Below are positions 9,085 to 18,079 of a DNA stretch of 64,000 bases, piece after piece. The DNA is taken from NCBI GenBank assembly GCA_031362565.1, contig JANLSU010000081.1, positions 59,768 to 123,767 on the forward strand, given 5' to 3'. Every line of letters begins with the position of its first letter. Position 1 is the stretch's first letter. The stretch comes from a bacterium. Lineage in GTDB: Bacteria; Krumholzibacteriota; Krumholzibacteriia; G020349025. The position numbers and the translations under genes are program-made. A model generated the notes under the pieces. The model made no database searches. It saw only the letters and a program-made list of their open reading frames with translations, and was not told where the DNA came from.

Positions 9085-9669
9085 TTAGTGCAGGCGCGCG
9101 GCGGGTGCGCCCTGGCGCGCTTTCGCATAGCTCCAGCGGCCTAGAATTGCGGCGCCCGCGGCGGCAGCACACAGTGCCGAGCTCCACAGACTGGCGCGTG
9201 CGGCGGCGGACTGCGGTGATGGAATGGCATGTACTGCGCCGCTCACGAGCCGGAAGTAGGGCTGCAACCACTCGGATGCGAGCGCCAACGAACCCGGCGC
9301 GTACTGCGGCAGCCAGGTGGCGAGCACGGCACAGCAGAGAGCAAAGATGAACGCCGGGTCCGTAAGAAGCATCCTCCACCACGACTCAACGATCGGCGCT
9401 TCATCACCGGCACGAAGCGGGATCGCCCGCTGTGCCACACGCGGATCACGGCTTGCGATGCCGGCCGGAGAGGTGATTTGGCCTAGAACTCGCGACGCAA
9501 AACCGGCGGGCGCGTGCGGTGGGCCGGCCGCCAGCGCCGCATCAATGGCGCGCGCCGTGGCAAGTGCGGCGCGGCAATGCTCACACGTCGCGACGTGCAT
9601 TTGCATCGCCGCCGGCGGCTCAGCGCCGCCGGTCGTATCGAGCCACAGTTCGAACCCAGTGCAGTTCAT
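9085..9669 (-). CDS. anti-sigma factor, zinc-binding ZAS type (HxxxCxxC) with transmembrane segments
   Basis: MNCTGFELWLD...MQMHVATCEHCRAALA contains H-x3-C-x2-C. Hydrophobic segments follow. Start ATG overlaps the stop of the upstream ECF sigma gene as ATGA (9666-9669). Confidence 0.5.
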   Translation of the reverse strand: MNCTGFELWLDTTGGAEPPAAMQMHVATCEHCRAALATARAIDAALAAGPPHAPAGFASRVLGQITSPAGIASRDPRVAQRAIPLRAGDEAPIVESWWRMLLTDPAFIFALCCAVLATWLPQYAPGSLALASEWLQPYFRLVSGAVHAIPSPQSAAARASLWSSALCAAAAGAAILGRWSYAKARQGAPAARLH

Positions 9670-10244
9670 CGTGCTTCGTCCTCCTGCCAAGCCCGGCGGA
9701 GCGCGGTGCGAGCCCGATGGAGGTGCGTCTTCACGGTGTTCTCATTGAGACCCAAGAGGTGCGCAACGTCCACCACCGAGCGATCCTCGAGATAAAACAG
9801 CGTCACCACGGCCCGCTGCGCCTCCGGAAGCTCCGCCACCAAGCGCTCGATGCGCAAGCGCGTCCGTGCATCCGGCGGTTGGAGCGGCGAAACCGGCTCC
9901 AGCAGCCCGTTGTCCAAACTCGTCTCGCGCTGATCGCGCGCCTTCAATCGCGCCAGCCGGTCGAGGGCACAACGCACCACGATGCGGTGCAGCCAAGTGC
10001 TGAACATGGCGTCGCCACGAAACCGCGGCAAAGCGTTCCAGGCCTTGACGAAAGCATCCTGTGCCACCTCCTCGGCCTCGGGAGCCAGCCGCACGATTCG
10101 GAGTGCGAGCCCGTAGGCGCGGTCCGCGTGCGCGTCCACGAGGGCGCGAAACGCGTCGGCGTCCCCAGATCGGGCTCTTGCGACCATCTGGTGTTCGGAG
10201 CCGGCCGTCCCGGCGGAACACGGCTTCGCACCGGGAGTTTCCAT
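9666..10244 (-). CDS. ECF (sigma-24 type) RNA polymerase sigma factor
   Basis: Region 2 (MVARARSGDADAFRALVDAHADRAYGLALRIV..., FVKAWNALPRF) and region 4 (RAVVTLFYLEDRSVVDVAHLLGLNENTVKTHLHRAR). Start taken at METPGAK (ATG ~10244). An alternative ATG at 10187 would give a 173-aa product. Confidence 0.8.
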   Translation of the reverse strand: METPGAKPCSAGTAGSEHQMVARARSGDADAFRALVDAHADRAYGLALRIVRLAPEAEEVAQDAFVKAWNALPRFRGDAMFSTWLHRIVVRCALDRLARLKARDQRETSLDNGLLEPVSPLQPPDARTRLRIERLVAELPEAQRAVVTLFYLEDRSVVDVAHLLGLNENTVKTHLHRARTALRRAWQEDEAR

Positions 10245-10467
10245 TGCTGCATTGGACGGGACGCGGGCCCCGCGAGGTTTCAAGGGTTCTGCCGACCCCG
10301 CGCCCTCCGCAACGCCCGCCGGCCATCCAACCCTCGCGCGCCCCGCACCCGAAAACTGAAACCGCGCGCCGCCCGGTGCCCGTCCAAGAAGACGTGCGGC
10401 GGGGACGCGCTCCGCCCGATCGTGCTCATCCGGCGCCTCTGGCGCGGAAACCGGGAGATCTGCAGCC

Positions 10468-10875
10468 ATGGGTGATTTCAAGTTCCTGTTGCTCATCCTG
10501 CCTATCATAGGCGTATTCGGCGGACTGACGCTCGGCGTCGTTCGCACCGTGGGGCGCCAGCGTCAAATCGAACTGTTGCAACGCGAGCGCATCGCCGCCA
10601 TCGAGCGCGGCATCGATCCCAAGATTCTGCCGACCCTCGGGGGCATGGGCCAGGATTTGGACGCCCTGCAGTCCGAGTTCGACCCGAACCGCCGGTTGCC
10701 GCGTCAGTTGCTGGTCGCGGGGGTGCTCACCCTCTTCATGGCGGCGGGCTTGACGACCGTCTTCCTGATCACTGAAGAACAAGGCAAGTCTTGGGCGATC
10801 GGCATCGTGCCTGGGGCGCTCGGCCTCGGTTTGATCGTGTCGTCGTGGCTCGTGCAGCCCCGCGGCCCGCGCTAA
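10468..10875 (+). CDS. small membrane protein (2 predicted TM helices), hypothetical
   Basis: 135 aa. GGGAG about 10 nt upstream of the ATG. GC3-rich codons. Hydrophobic N- and C-terminal segments with a charged helical middle (IELLQRERIAAIERGIDPK). Divergent from the ECF sigma gene. Confidence 0.4.
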   Translation: MGDFKFLLLILPIIGVFGGLTLGVVRTVGRQRQIELLQRERIAAIERGIDPKILPTLGGMGQDLDALQSEFDPNRRLPRQLLVAGVLTLFMAAGLTTVFLITEEQGKSWAIGIVPGALGLGLIVSSWLVQPRGPR

Positions 10876-10884
10876 GCGCGCGTC

Positions 10885-13680
10885 CTACGGCCGCCGGTAG
10901 GCGCGCGCAGTGGGGCGGAACGGACGGGTAAACCACTCGGGGCGCCGCAGGCCGTCGGCGCGCGGTTTGACGGTCGCGAGCGCCAGCCACTCGTGATACG
11001 CCTGCATCGAGGCGGCAGTGTCGACTTCCACATCGCCATAGCGATCGTCCCGTTCGGCGCGCGTCACCGTGACCTTTTGATGCCAACAGTGCATGCCGGA
11101 AATGGGATCGGGTTGCACCGCGAACGTCAGGTTCTGATGCACACCACCATCCGTCCACCACACGCGGCTCGAATCGGGATCTTCGGACTTGAACGGCTTG
11201 ATGTCGCCCGTGCGGCGCACGCGCCAGCGGCCGGGACCCGGTTGTTCGATGCGCACCGGCGGCGCCGCCCAACGATCGGTACCCGGCTGGCCCTCGAGCC
11301 GCCAGCGCCCGAGATGATGTGAACACGCGATCACGCCCGGCCGGATCCCTTCGGTCACCCAGGCCTTGTTGACGAAGAACCCGATGCGCGTTGCGACGCG
11401 CACCAGATCCCCGGTCGCGACTCCCACGTGCGCCGCATCTTGGGGGTGAATCCACACCGGATTGCGGTTCGAGAGTTCATACAGCCATTTGGAATTCCCC
11501 GACCGCGTGTGAATCAGCGTCGGCAAACGGAATGTCGGCACGAGAACGAATTCGTTGCGCGCCCGGTCGAGCGTCGAGGGATGCACGTGACTCCGGATGT
11601 AGCCCGGCAGCACGGCATCCGAATATCCCCAATCGTCCATCGTCGGCGAAAAGAACTCGAGTTTGCGGGACGGTGTTTCGAAGCCGATCGCCGGTGCGCC
11701 GCGCGATTGCACCGCAATCGCCTTACCGTCGCGCGACCACACGCCGCGTTCCATATCCAGCGTCGCGCCCGCAACATCCGCCGGTGCGGTATGTGTGCCG
11801 TACACCACCGGCTCGACCTCGAACGCACCGTGGCGCCGCATGTATTCGAGCGGCGTCACCGCCTCGCGGGCCGCAGCCGCCGGCAGGCCCGGCACCGCGT
11901 TTTCGAAGATCCACCGGTACTGTTCCTCGACGGTCAAGCGTTCCCCCGGCCGGTACGGCGATTCGAAGTACTGCCGCACCCCAAGACTGCCATCCGGATC
12001 CACCGCCCACGAGAGCGCAATCCAGAACTCGTCCTCTTCCCAGACTTCGCCCGGGTTCGCCTGCCAGGTCCACTCGAACGTCTCGCCGGCGCGCTCGCGC
12101 GCCACGCGCTGCACCGGCTGCCGGAAGCCGATCCAGCGCGACGCATGCGTTTCCTGGCTCATGAGATCGTGGCGCTCGGGTCCCAATCCCATCGGCAATA
12201 CGTAGTCGGCAAAGAGTGCTGTCTCGCTCCACACCGGCGTCAGTGCGGCGTGCAGGCCGATCTTCGATTCGTCCTGCAACACTTCCATCCAGGTGAAACC
12301 ATCGGGATTGGTCCACACCGGGTTGTAGACGCGCGTGAAGTAGACGTCGACCTTGCCGCGGCCTTCCTTCAAGAAGTGCGGCAAGAGAAACGACAGTTCG
12401 TGATGCGACAGCGGCCACTCCGGGGGGAAGAGCAATTCGCTCCACACGTCCTGCGGCGGCGGCTTGCGCCAGCGCGCCGGCACGAACTTGTTCGCTGTGT
12501 GTTGCGAGGTACCGCCCGGCGTATTCACCGAACCCGTGAGCACGGTGAGAAACTGCAAGCAACGCGCTACCTGCCAGCCGCCGCGATTCCCGGATGCGGC
12601 GTTGCGCCACACGTGCGACGCGAAGGCGCCGCGGGCGCGGCCGATCTCGCGCCCCACGTCCCGCACGACATCAGCCTCGACGCCGCACTCTTCCGCCACC
12701 CACTCGGGCGTGTAGCGCGCGTACTCGGCGCGCAGCAGGGCGCGGAACGCTTCGAAAGTCGCCGGCTCACCCGGTTGGCGCACCGCGAGCCATGCATCCC
12801 AATTGACCCACGTGCGCATGAACTCGAGGTCTTCCAAGCCTTCCGCCAAGATGACGTGCGCGAAGCCGAGGAGCAGTGCCGCTTCGCTTCCCGGATGCGG
12901 CGCAATCCACCAGTCGCTCATGGATGCGGTATTCGACAAACGAATGTCGACGGTGGCGATCTTGCAGCCCGCATTCTTGGCATCCAGAATGCGCTGCGCT
13001 TGTGGATTGAAGTAGTGGCCGGCCTCCAAGTGCGCCGACAAAAGTAGAATGAACTTGGCGTTCGCGTGATCTGGCGACGGCCGATCGCTCCCCGACCACA
13101 ATTCATAGCCCAAGCGCGCCGCCGCCGAGCAGACGTTGGTGTGGCTGTTGTGGCCGTCCACACCCCATGCCTGCAGAATGCGCTCCATGGCGCCATCGTG
13201 CCCCGGGCGGCCGACGTGGTACATCACTTCGGTACGGCGATTCTCGACCAAGGCCTTGCGAATGCGCGCCGCGAAGGTCGCGATGACCTCGTCCCAAGTT
13301 GTCCGCTCCCACTGACCCGATGCCCGCGGCCCAACGCGCTTCAGGGGATAGAGAATGCGCTCCGGATCGTCGACTTGATTGAGCGTCGCCGGGCCCTTGG
13401 CGCAGTTGCGGCCGCGCGAACCCGGGTGGTACGGATTGCCTTCCAGCTTGCGAATCTTGTTGGTCTCGCGGTCGACATAGGCCACGAGACCACACGCCGC
13501 CTCGCAGTTGAAGCAGATCGTCGGTACCAGCCGGTAGTGATGCTCGACGCGCCGCGGCCACGCCTTGGGATCGTATTCGACCCAATCGTCCCAGCGATCG
13601 CGCGGTGGAAACGATTCCAGCTTGGTCACTTGCCAGGCCGCACCCGACGGCGCGACGGCGGAATCTTCGGTTGGCTTCAC
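10885..13680 (-). CDS. molybdopterin (bis-MGD) oxidoreductase catalytic subunit, PsrA/PhsA/TtrA-like, no recognisable TAT signal
   Basis: 931 aa. N-terminal 4Fe-4S motif ICFNCEAACGL...NCAKG. Sequence along the length is MopB-superfamily-like. N-terminus MKPTEDSAVAPSGAAWQV lacks an RRxFLK twin-arginine motif. Start overlaps the upstream gene stop (ATGA at 13677-13680). Confidence 0.85.
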   Translation of the reverse strand: MKPTEDSAVAPSGAAWQVTKLESFPPRDRWDDWVEYDPKAWPRRVEHHYRLVPTICFNCEAACGLVAYVDRETNKIRKLEGNPYHPGSRGRNCAKGPATLNQVDDPERILYPLKRVGPRASGQWERTTWDEVIATFAARIRKALVENRRTEVMYHVGRPGHDGAMERILQAWGVDGHNSHTNVCSAAARLGYELWSGSDRPSPDHANAKFILLLSAHLEAGHYFNPQAQRILDAKNAGCKIATVDIRLSNTASMSDWWIAPHPGSEAALLLGFAHVILAEGLEDLEFMRTWVNWDAWLAVRQPGEPATFEAFRALLRAEYARYTPEWVAEECGVEADVVRDVGREIGRARGAFASHVWRNAASGNRGGWQVARCLQFLTVLTGSVNTPGGTSQHTANKFVPARWRKPPPQDVWSELLFPPEWPLSHHELSFLLPHFLKEGRGKVDVYFTRVYNPVWTNPDGFTWMEVLQDESKIGLHAALTPVWSETALFADYVLPMGLGPERHDLMSQETHASRWIGFRQPVQRVARERAGETFEWTWQANPGEVWEEDEFWIALSWAVDPDGSLGVRQYFESPYRPGERLTVEEQYRWIFENAVPGLPAAAAREAVTPLEYMRRHGAFEVEPVVYGTHTAPADVAGATLDMERGVWSRDGKAIAVQSRGAPAIGFETPSRKLEFFSPTMDDWGYSDAVLPGYIRSHVHPSTLDRARNEFVLVPTFRLPTLIHTRSGNSKWLYELSNRNPVWIHPQDAAHVGVATGDLVRVATRIGFFVNKAWVTEGIRPGVIACSHHLGRWRLEGQPGTDRWAAPPVRIEQPGPGRWRVRRTGDIKPFKSEDPDSSRVWWTDGGVHQNLTFAVQPDPISGMHCWHQKVTVTRAERDDRYGDVEVDTAASMQAYHEWLALATVKPRADGLRRPEWFTRPFRPTARAYRRP

Positions 13681-15176
13681 GAGATCGCCACCGCCTGTCC
13701 GGCGCGAATCCAGGCGCGCTCATAGAGCAGCAAGGCAAAGGTCGCAAGTGTCGCGGCGAGCGCGCCGCAAACCGCCGCCGGCACCGGGCCCGACAGCACC
13801 ATGTGCCCCGTCCCCAGCATCGCCGCACCGGCTAGGAAAAGCGGCAGTTGCGATTTCATGATGGCGCGCCCGAGATACACCTGTGCCTTGCGCGCATCGG
13901 TGGTGCGCGGCCGGTGGCGTAATTCGCCGCCAAGCACCAGCGTGTTGACGAGCGACAACGCCGCCAAAAGCGCCCCCGCCGTATGCAGCACTCCCGGCGC
14001 ACCGGGCAGCACGACGGCCACGGCTGCGCCGAGGAACGCAGCGCGCAGGACGAGCCGCGTGAACAAACCGCGCTCCAACCACAGATCGCGGCCACGACAC
14101 TGGGCGAACAACCAAGCGCTGTAGCCCGAAACCAAAATCCCGAGTGGTACTCCGAGCCAACGCGCTACATCGGCGAGCATGCCTTGGCCCAGAACGCGCA
14201 GAACGAGCGATGCGCTCGTCGTCGCGCCAAACGCCATCAGCACCCAAGCGCCCTTGACGAGCCATGATTTCGTATTCGGCCGCAAGACGAGGCGCCAAAA
14301 ACGCTCCGGCCGCCCCAAGTCATGAATCAACAGCACGCTCGTGATCGCCGTGAACAGGAGTGCGACGACCTCTGGCACGTAGTCACGCGCCGCCCCCGCA
14401 CGCACGCCCAAAAGCCCCAAGAACGGTGCGACCAGCGCCGCGCCGGCGGCGATGTTCTTGGTGACGAGATATGTCCAGACATGCCAGCCCCACTGTGGCG
14501 CGTGTCCGACATCGAGCGTCGTCGTGACATCGGGAACGGGGTCGAGCCCGGCGACGCGCGGCGGCGGCGGCGTAGCGCGATCCGACCACAGCCAGGCGGC
14601 AGGTTCGGCGGCCGCGCCGGGCACGAGCGCTTCCGGCAGCGCATCGATGTACCACACCCGCGGCCCGGTGCCCTTTTCGAGCCGGCGGCGGCTCGTGGGC
14701 TCGTCCTGAATGAGGCGCGCGATCTTCGATTCGGGATCACTCACATCTCCGGAGACGATGGCTTCCGCCGGGCAGACGATGACGCACGCCGGTTCGAGAC
14801 CCAGTTCGGTGCGATGCGCGCAGTAGTGGCACTTTTCCGCCACGCCCGTGTCGGGATGGAAGTAGAGCGCGTCATACGGGCACGCTTGCATGCACGCGCG
14901 ACAGCCGATGCACTTGTCACGGTCGAGATCGACGATCGCATCCGGGCGCTTGTTCAACGCATTCACGGGGCAAATCTCGACGCACGGCGCGTGGTCGCAT
15001 TGATTGCAACGCAGCACCGTGAAGTGCCGGCGGACCGACGGAAACGTGCCCTTTTCGACGTACTTGACCCAAGTGCGGAAGCTGCCGAGCGGGACCTCGT
15101 TCTCCTGCTTGCAGGCGACAGTGCAAGCGTGGCAGCCGATACACTTCCGTTGGTCGATGACGAAGCCGACCTGCAT
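13677..15176 (-). CDS. fused 4Fe-4S ferredoxin (PsrB/HybA-like) + NrfD/PsrC-like polytopic membrane subunit
   Basis: Internal ATG at 15174-15176 (MQVGFVIDQRKCIGCHACTVACKQEN...) chosen over the long upstream extension. Four Cys clusters (CIGCHAC, CNQCDHAPC, CIGCRACMQACP, CHYC...CVIVCP) followed by about 8 hydrophobic helices (NrfD-like). No signal peptide. Confidence 0.8.
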   Translation of the reverse strand: MQVGFVIDQRKCIGCHACTVACKQENEVPLGSFRTWVKYVEKGTFPSVRRHFTVLRCNQCDHAPCVEICPVNALNKRPDAIVDLDRDKCIGCRACMQACPYDALYFHPDTGVAEKCHYCAHRTELGLEPACVIVCPAEAIVSGDVSDPESKIARLIQDEPTSRRRLEKGTGPRVWYIDALPEALVPGAAAEPAAWLWSDRATPPPPRVAGLDPVPDVTTTLDVGHAPQWGWHVWTYLVTKNIAAGAALVAPFLGLLGVRAGAARDYVPEVVALLFTAITSVLLIHDLGRPERFWRLVLRPNTKSWLVKGAWVLMAFGATTSASLVLRVLGQGMLADVARWLGVPLGILVSGYSAWLFAQCRGRDLWLERGLFTRLVLRAAFLGAAVAVVLPGAPGVLHTAGALLAALSLVNTLVLGGELRHRPRTTDARKAQVYLGRAIMKSQLPLFLAGAAMLGTGHMVLSGPVPAAVCGALAATLATFALLLYERAWIRAGQAVAIS

Positions 15177-15347
15177 GACGCTCCCTGGCTCGGGAAGCGG
15201 CCAGCATGTCACGCGCGTTGCGTCAGTGTCAATTCGGTGCTGGGTGAACCGTGCGATGCGTCCGGACTTGACGCGACGCGCGCCGCCGCTAAGAATCGCG
15301 GTTGCGGCCTTGGAAAGCCGCGCGGCCGCCTTGACGAAGGAGAACCC

Positions 15348-16433
15348 ATGGTTTCGCGCCGAGGCCTCGTGATGATGTGGTGCGTGGCAAGCGCCACCGG
15401 AATGACTCTCGCCCGCACGGCGGCCGCGCAGCCGAGCGTCACGGCAGCGCCGATTCCACTCGGCCTTCTCGAGGACGAGCGCAACACGATCGCGGTCTTC
15501 CGACGCTGCTCCAGGTCGGTCGTCTTCATCGTCAATGCCCGAACCCGGCGTGACATCTTCACGTTGAACGCGGTCGAAGTCCCGCAGGGCTCCGGCTCCG
15601 GCTTCGTGTGGGACACTCTCGGCCACGTCGTGACCAACTTCCACGTCGTGCAGGGCGGCGATGCGTGGAGCGTGACGCTCTCCGACGGCAAGCGCTATGA
15701 CGCCGAACTGGTGGGAGCGGAGCCCAACAAGGACTTGGCGGTCTTGCGCATCAAGGCGCCGGCATCCGCCCTGGTAGCGCTCGATCTCGGCAATTCCGAA
15801 GGCCTCGTGGTGGGACAGAAGGTCCTCGCGATCGGCAATCCGTTCGGGTTGGATCAGACGCTCACGACGGGCGTCATCAGCGCCCTCGGCCGGGAAATCA
15901 AGTCCGTCGCTGGAACGACTATTTCTGACGTCATTCAAACGGATGCGTCGATCAATCCGGGGAACTCCGGCGGGCCATTGCTCGATTCACCCGGCCGGCT
16001 CATTGGATTGAATACCGCGATCTACAGCCCGAGCGGTGGAAGCGCCGGCATCGGCTTCGCGGTGCCGGTCGCGACCATCAAGCGCGTCGTGCCGCAGATC
16101 TTGGAGTTCGGGCACGTCAAGCGTGCGGGCCTCGGCGTGACGCCGCTCGCGGACGGCGTGTCGCGGCAGTACGGGATCGACGGGGTCGTGATCCGCGATG
16201 TGGCGCGCGGCGGCGCCGCGGCCCGCGCCGGACTGCGCGGGTTGCAAGTGGACCGCTTCGGCAGCGTGATCCTGGGCGACATCATCATCGGCATCGATGA
16301 TCGCGAGATCCACACCTTCGACGACATGTACCAAGCGCTCGACCGCCGGCATGCCGGTGATCACGTGCGCGTGCGCTTGCGCAACGATCGTCGGGAACGC
16401 GCCGTGGATCTTGTGTTGCAGGAGCTCGACTGA
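15348..16433 (+). CDS. HtrA/DegP-family periplasmic serine protease with PDZ domain
   Basis: AAGGAGAA SD 5 nt before ATG 15348. Signal peptide. Catalytic triad context: HVVTNFHVV, DLAVLRI, GNSGGPL. C-terminal PDZ region. The 5' 342 codons of the 703-aa track ORF are antisense to the NrfD gene and were discarded. Confidence 0.85.
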   Translation: MVSRRGLVMMWCVASATGMTLARTAAAQPSVTAAPIPLGLLEDERNTIAVFRRCSRSVVFIVNARTRRDIFTLNAVEVPQGSGSGFVWDTLGHVVTNFHVVQGGDAWSVTLSDGKRYDAELVGAEPNKDLAVLRIKAPASALVALDLGNSEGLVVGQKVLAIGNPFGLDQTLTTGVISALGREIKSVAGTTISDVIQTDASINPGNSGGPLLDSPGRLIGLNTAIYSPSGGSAGIGFAVPVATIKRVVPQILEFGHVKRAGLGVTPLADGVSRQYGIDGVVIRDVARGGAAARAGLRGLQVDRFGSVILGDIIIGIDDREIHTFDDMYQALDRRHAGDHVRVRLRNDRRERAVDLVLQELD

Positions 16434-16668
16434 GGCGCGCGCGGCGCCGGACGAAGAGGATCCCCAGCGCCCTGCCAAGGGGTCACGAACGACGTGGAGC
16501 GGCCGGCACGGATTGAATGATCGCCAGACGGGGGGTGTACGCGGTAGATTCCCCCCCGCGGCGAGCCCCAAACCTCGCCGTTCGCCCGGCCAAGCCTTGG
16601 CGCTCGAGCCCGGTGACTCACACCAGCGTTGCCACACAGGCCCATGCCGGCCTCAAGAAGGACTCGCA

Positions 16669-17283
16669 ATGCCGCGCATCCCGGCCCGACTCGTCGCATC
16701 CGTCGTGGGATTGTCGCTCTTGGCTTCCACGGCGCACGCCCAGTTCGGCGGCGTCGTCCCGCGCCAGAAGCTGTTTGTTTTCGGGATCGGCGGCGGCGTC
16801 GCCGTGCCGGTCAGCAATGCGCGAGATGCCTTCAAGAACGGCTTCAACGGGCTCGCCTACGTTCGCGTTCAGCCGCCCGTCTTGCCGGTGAGTTTCGGTG
16901 TCAACGTCACGTTCCAGCGCTTCGACCTCGCTGATGCGGAAGTGACCGTCGGCGGCGTGACCACGGCGCAGTCCAGTGGAACGGGTGAACTCCTGGCCGG
17001 GCTCGGCGACATCAAATACGATCTCTGGCCGGGACCGATCCACCCGTACCTCATCGCGGGATTGGGCGCCTATAACCTGAAGACCGACCCCAGCGGGGCC
17101 GCCGCGAGTTCACAGTCCGAGACGCGTTTTGGTATCAACGGCGGAGCGGGCTTGGCGCTCCGGTTCGGCCGGATCAGCGGCTACATTCAGGGGCGAGTGG
17201 ACAACGTGTACACGAGCGACACCGGTGCCATCGACACCAAGTCCATTCGTGTTATCCCCGTGACTCTCGGCATCGAGTTCTGA
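16669..17283 (+). CDS. outer-membrane beta-barrel protein (OmpW/OMP_b-brl-like)
   Basis: Signal peptide MPRIPARLVASVVGLSLLASTAHAQ. Alternating hydrophobic beta-strand pattern. C-terminal ...IPVTLGIEF with terminal aromatic residue. Confidence 0.55.
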   Translation: MPRIPARLVASVVGLSLLASTAHAQFGGVVPRQKLFVFGIGGGVAVPVSNARDAFKNGFNGLAYVRVQPPVLPVSFGVNVTFQRFDLADAEVTVGGVTTAQSSGTGELLAGLGDIKYDLWPGPIHPYLIAGLGAYNLKTDPSGAAASSQSETRFGINGGAGLALRFGRISGYIQGRVDNVYTSDTGAIDTKSIRVIPVTLGIEF

Positions 17284-17303
17284 GTTCTGCCGGCGCCGTC
17301 CGT

Positions 17304-18059
17304 TCAGCGTTTGCCGATCGTCTTGTCGAGGTAGCTGCGAATCGCCGCCGCGGATGCCGGCGAGCGCCACATGGCGCGCACTTGGGCGTCCATTTCGCGC
17401 TCGAAACGGGCGATGCGATCCACCGTCGGTTGGCGGAGTTCGCGTTTGGCGAGCGCGAAGGCGCCGGCGGGAATGGCCGCGTAGGATTCCGCCGCAACTC
17501 GCGCCCGTTCCAACAAATCGTCGGCGGGCACGACTTCATCCACCAGCCCGCGCCGGCGTGCTTCTTCGGGCGCAAACGTGCCGCCCCCATAAATGATCTC
17601 CGCCAGACTCTGGTGATTGGCGCCAAACCGCACTAGCTCGAGCGCCACGGTCGGAAATGGAACGCCGACGCGTAGTTCCGGCACCCCGACCCGGCCCTTA
17701 CCGTCGGCCATCAAACGCAGATCGCCGGCACACGCCAGCACGCAGCCGCCGGCGATCGCATGGCCGTTCATGGCGACAATGACGGGACGCGGAAACGTGA
17801 AGACGCGGAACAGCACTTGCGACAAGAGCGGCAAGAAGCGATCGACGTACTCGGCGCCGCCGTCCAAGACACGGAAGAGATCGACACCGGCCGAGAACGC
17901 ACTCCCGGCGCCGGTCAGAACCACGGCGCGCGCATCTTCCTGCTCGAGACCCACGAACGCCTCGCCGAGCGCCTGCAACAACTCGACGTCGAGGGCGTTC
18001 ACCTTGCCGCGCGAAAGCCGCAGCACCGCGATCTCGCCCCAGCGCTCTCGTTCAATCAT
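17304..18059 (-). CDS. enoyl-CoA hydratase/isomerase (crotonase) family protein
   Basis: VVLTGAGSAFSAGVDL oxyanion-hole region and AMNGHAIAGGCVLACAGDLRL are typical of the crotonase fold. ATG at 18057-18059. Confidence 0.75.
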   Translation of the reverse strand: MIERERWGEIAVLRLSRGKVNALDVELLQALGEAFVGLEQEDARAVVLTGAGSAFSAGVDLFRVLDGGAEYVDRFLPLLSQVLFRVFTFPRPVIVAMNGHAIAGGCVLACAGDLRLMADGKGRVGVPELRVGVPFPTVALELVRFGANHQSLAEIIYGGGTFAPEEARRRGLVDEVVPADDLLERARVAAESYAAIPAGAFALAKRELRQPTVDRIARFEREMDAQVRAMWRSPASAAAIRSYLDKTIGKR

Positions 18060-18079
18060 GTCGCCAGTCTCCTCTTCGA

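Noticed and set aside
11428-13047. 539-aa plus-strand ORF, and 11723-12610 minus-strand alternative frame
   Set aside because: Both lie inside the molybdopterin oxidoreductase gene, whose own frame carries the conserved Mo-enzyme sequence. These are shadow ORFs.
15268-15296. Possible sigma-70 promoter TTGACG-N16-TAAGAA upstream of htrA
   Set aside because: The -10 element is weak (3-4 of 6 matches). An ECF-type promoter might be expected for htrA but none was convincing by eye. Not called.
14322-15347. 5' two-thirds of the 703-aa plus-strand ORF (14322-16433)
   Set aside because: Only the last 361 codons (from ATG 15348, with AAGGAG SD and signal peptide) are HtrA-like. The upstream part is antisense to the NrfD-like gene.
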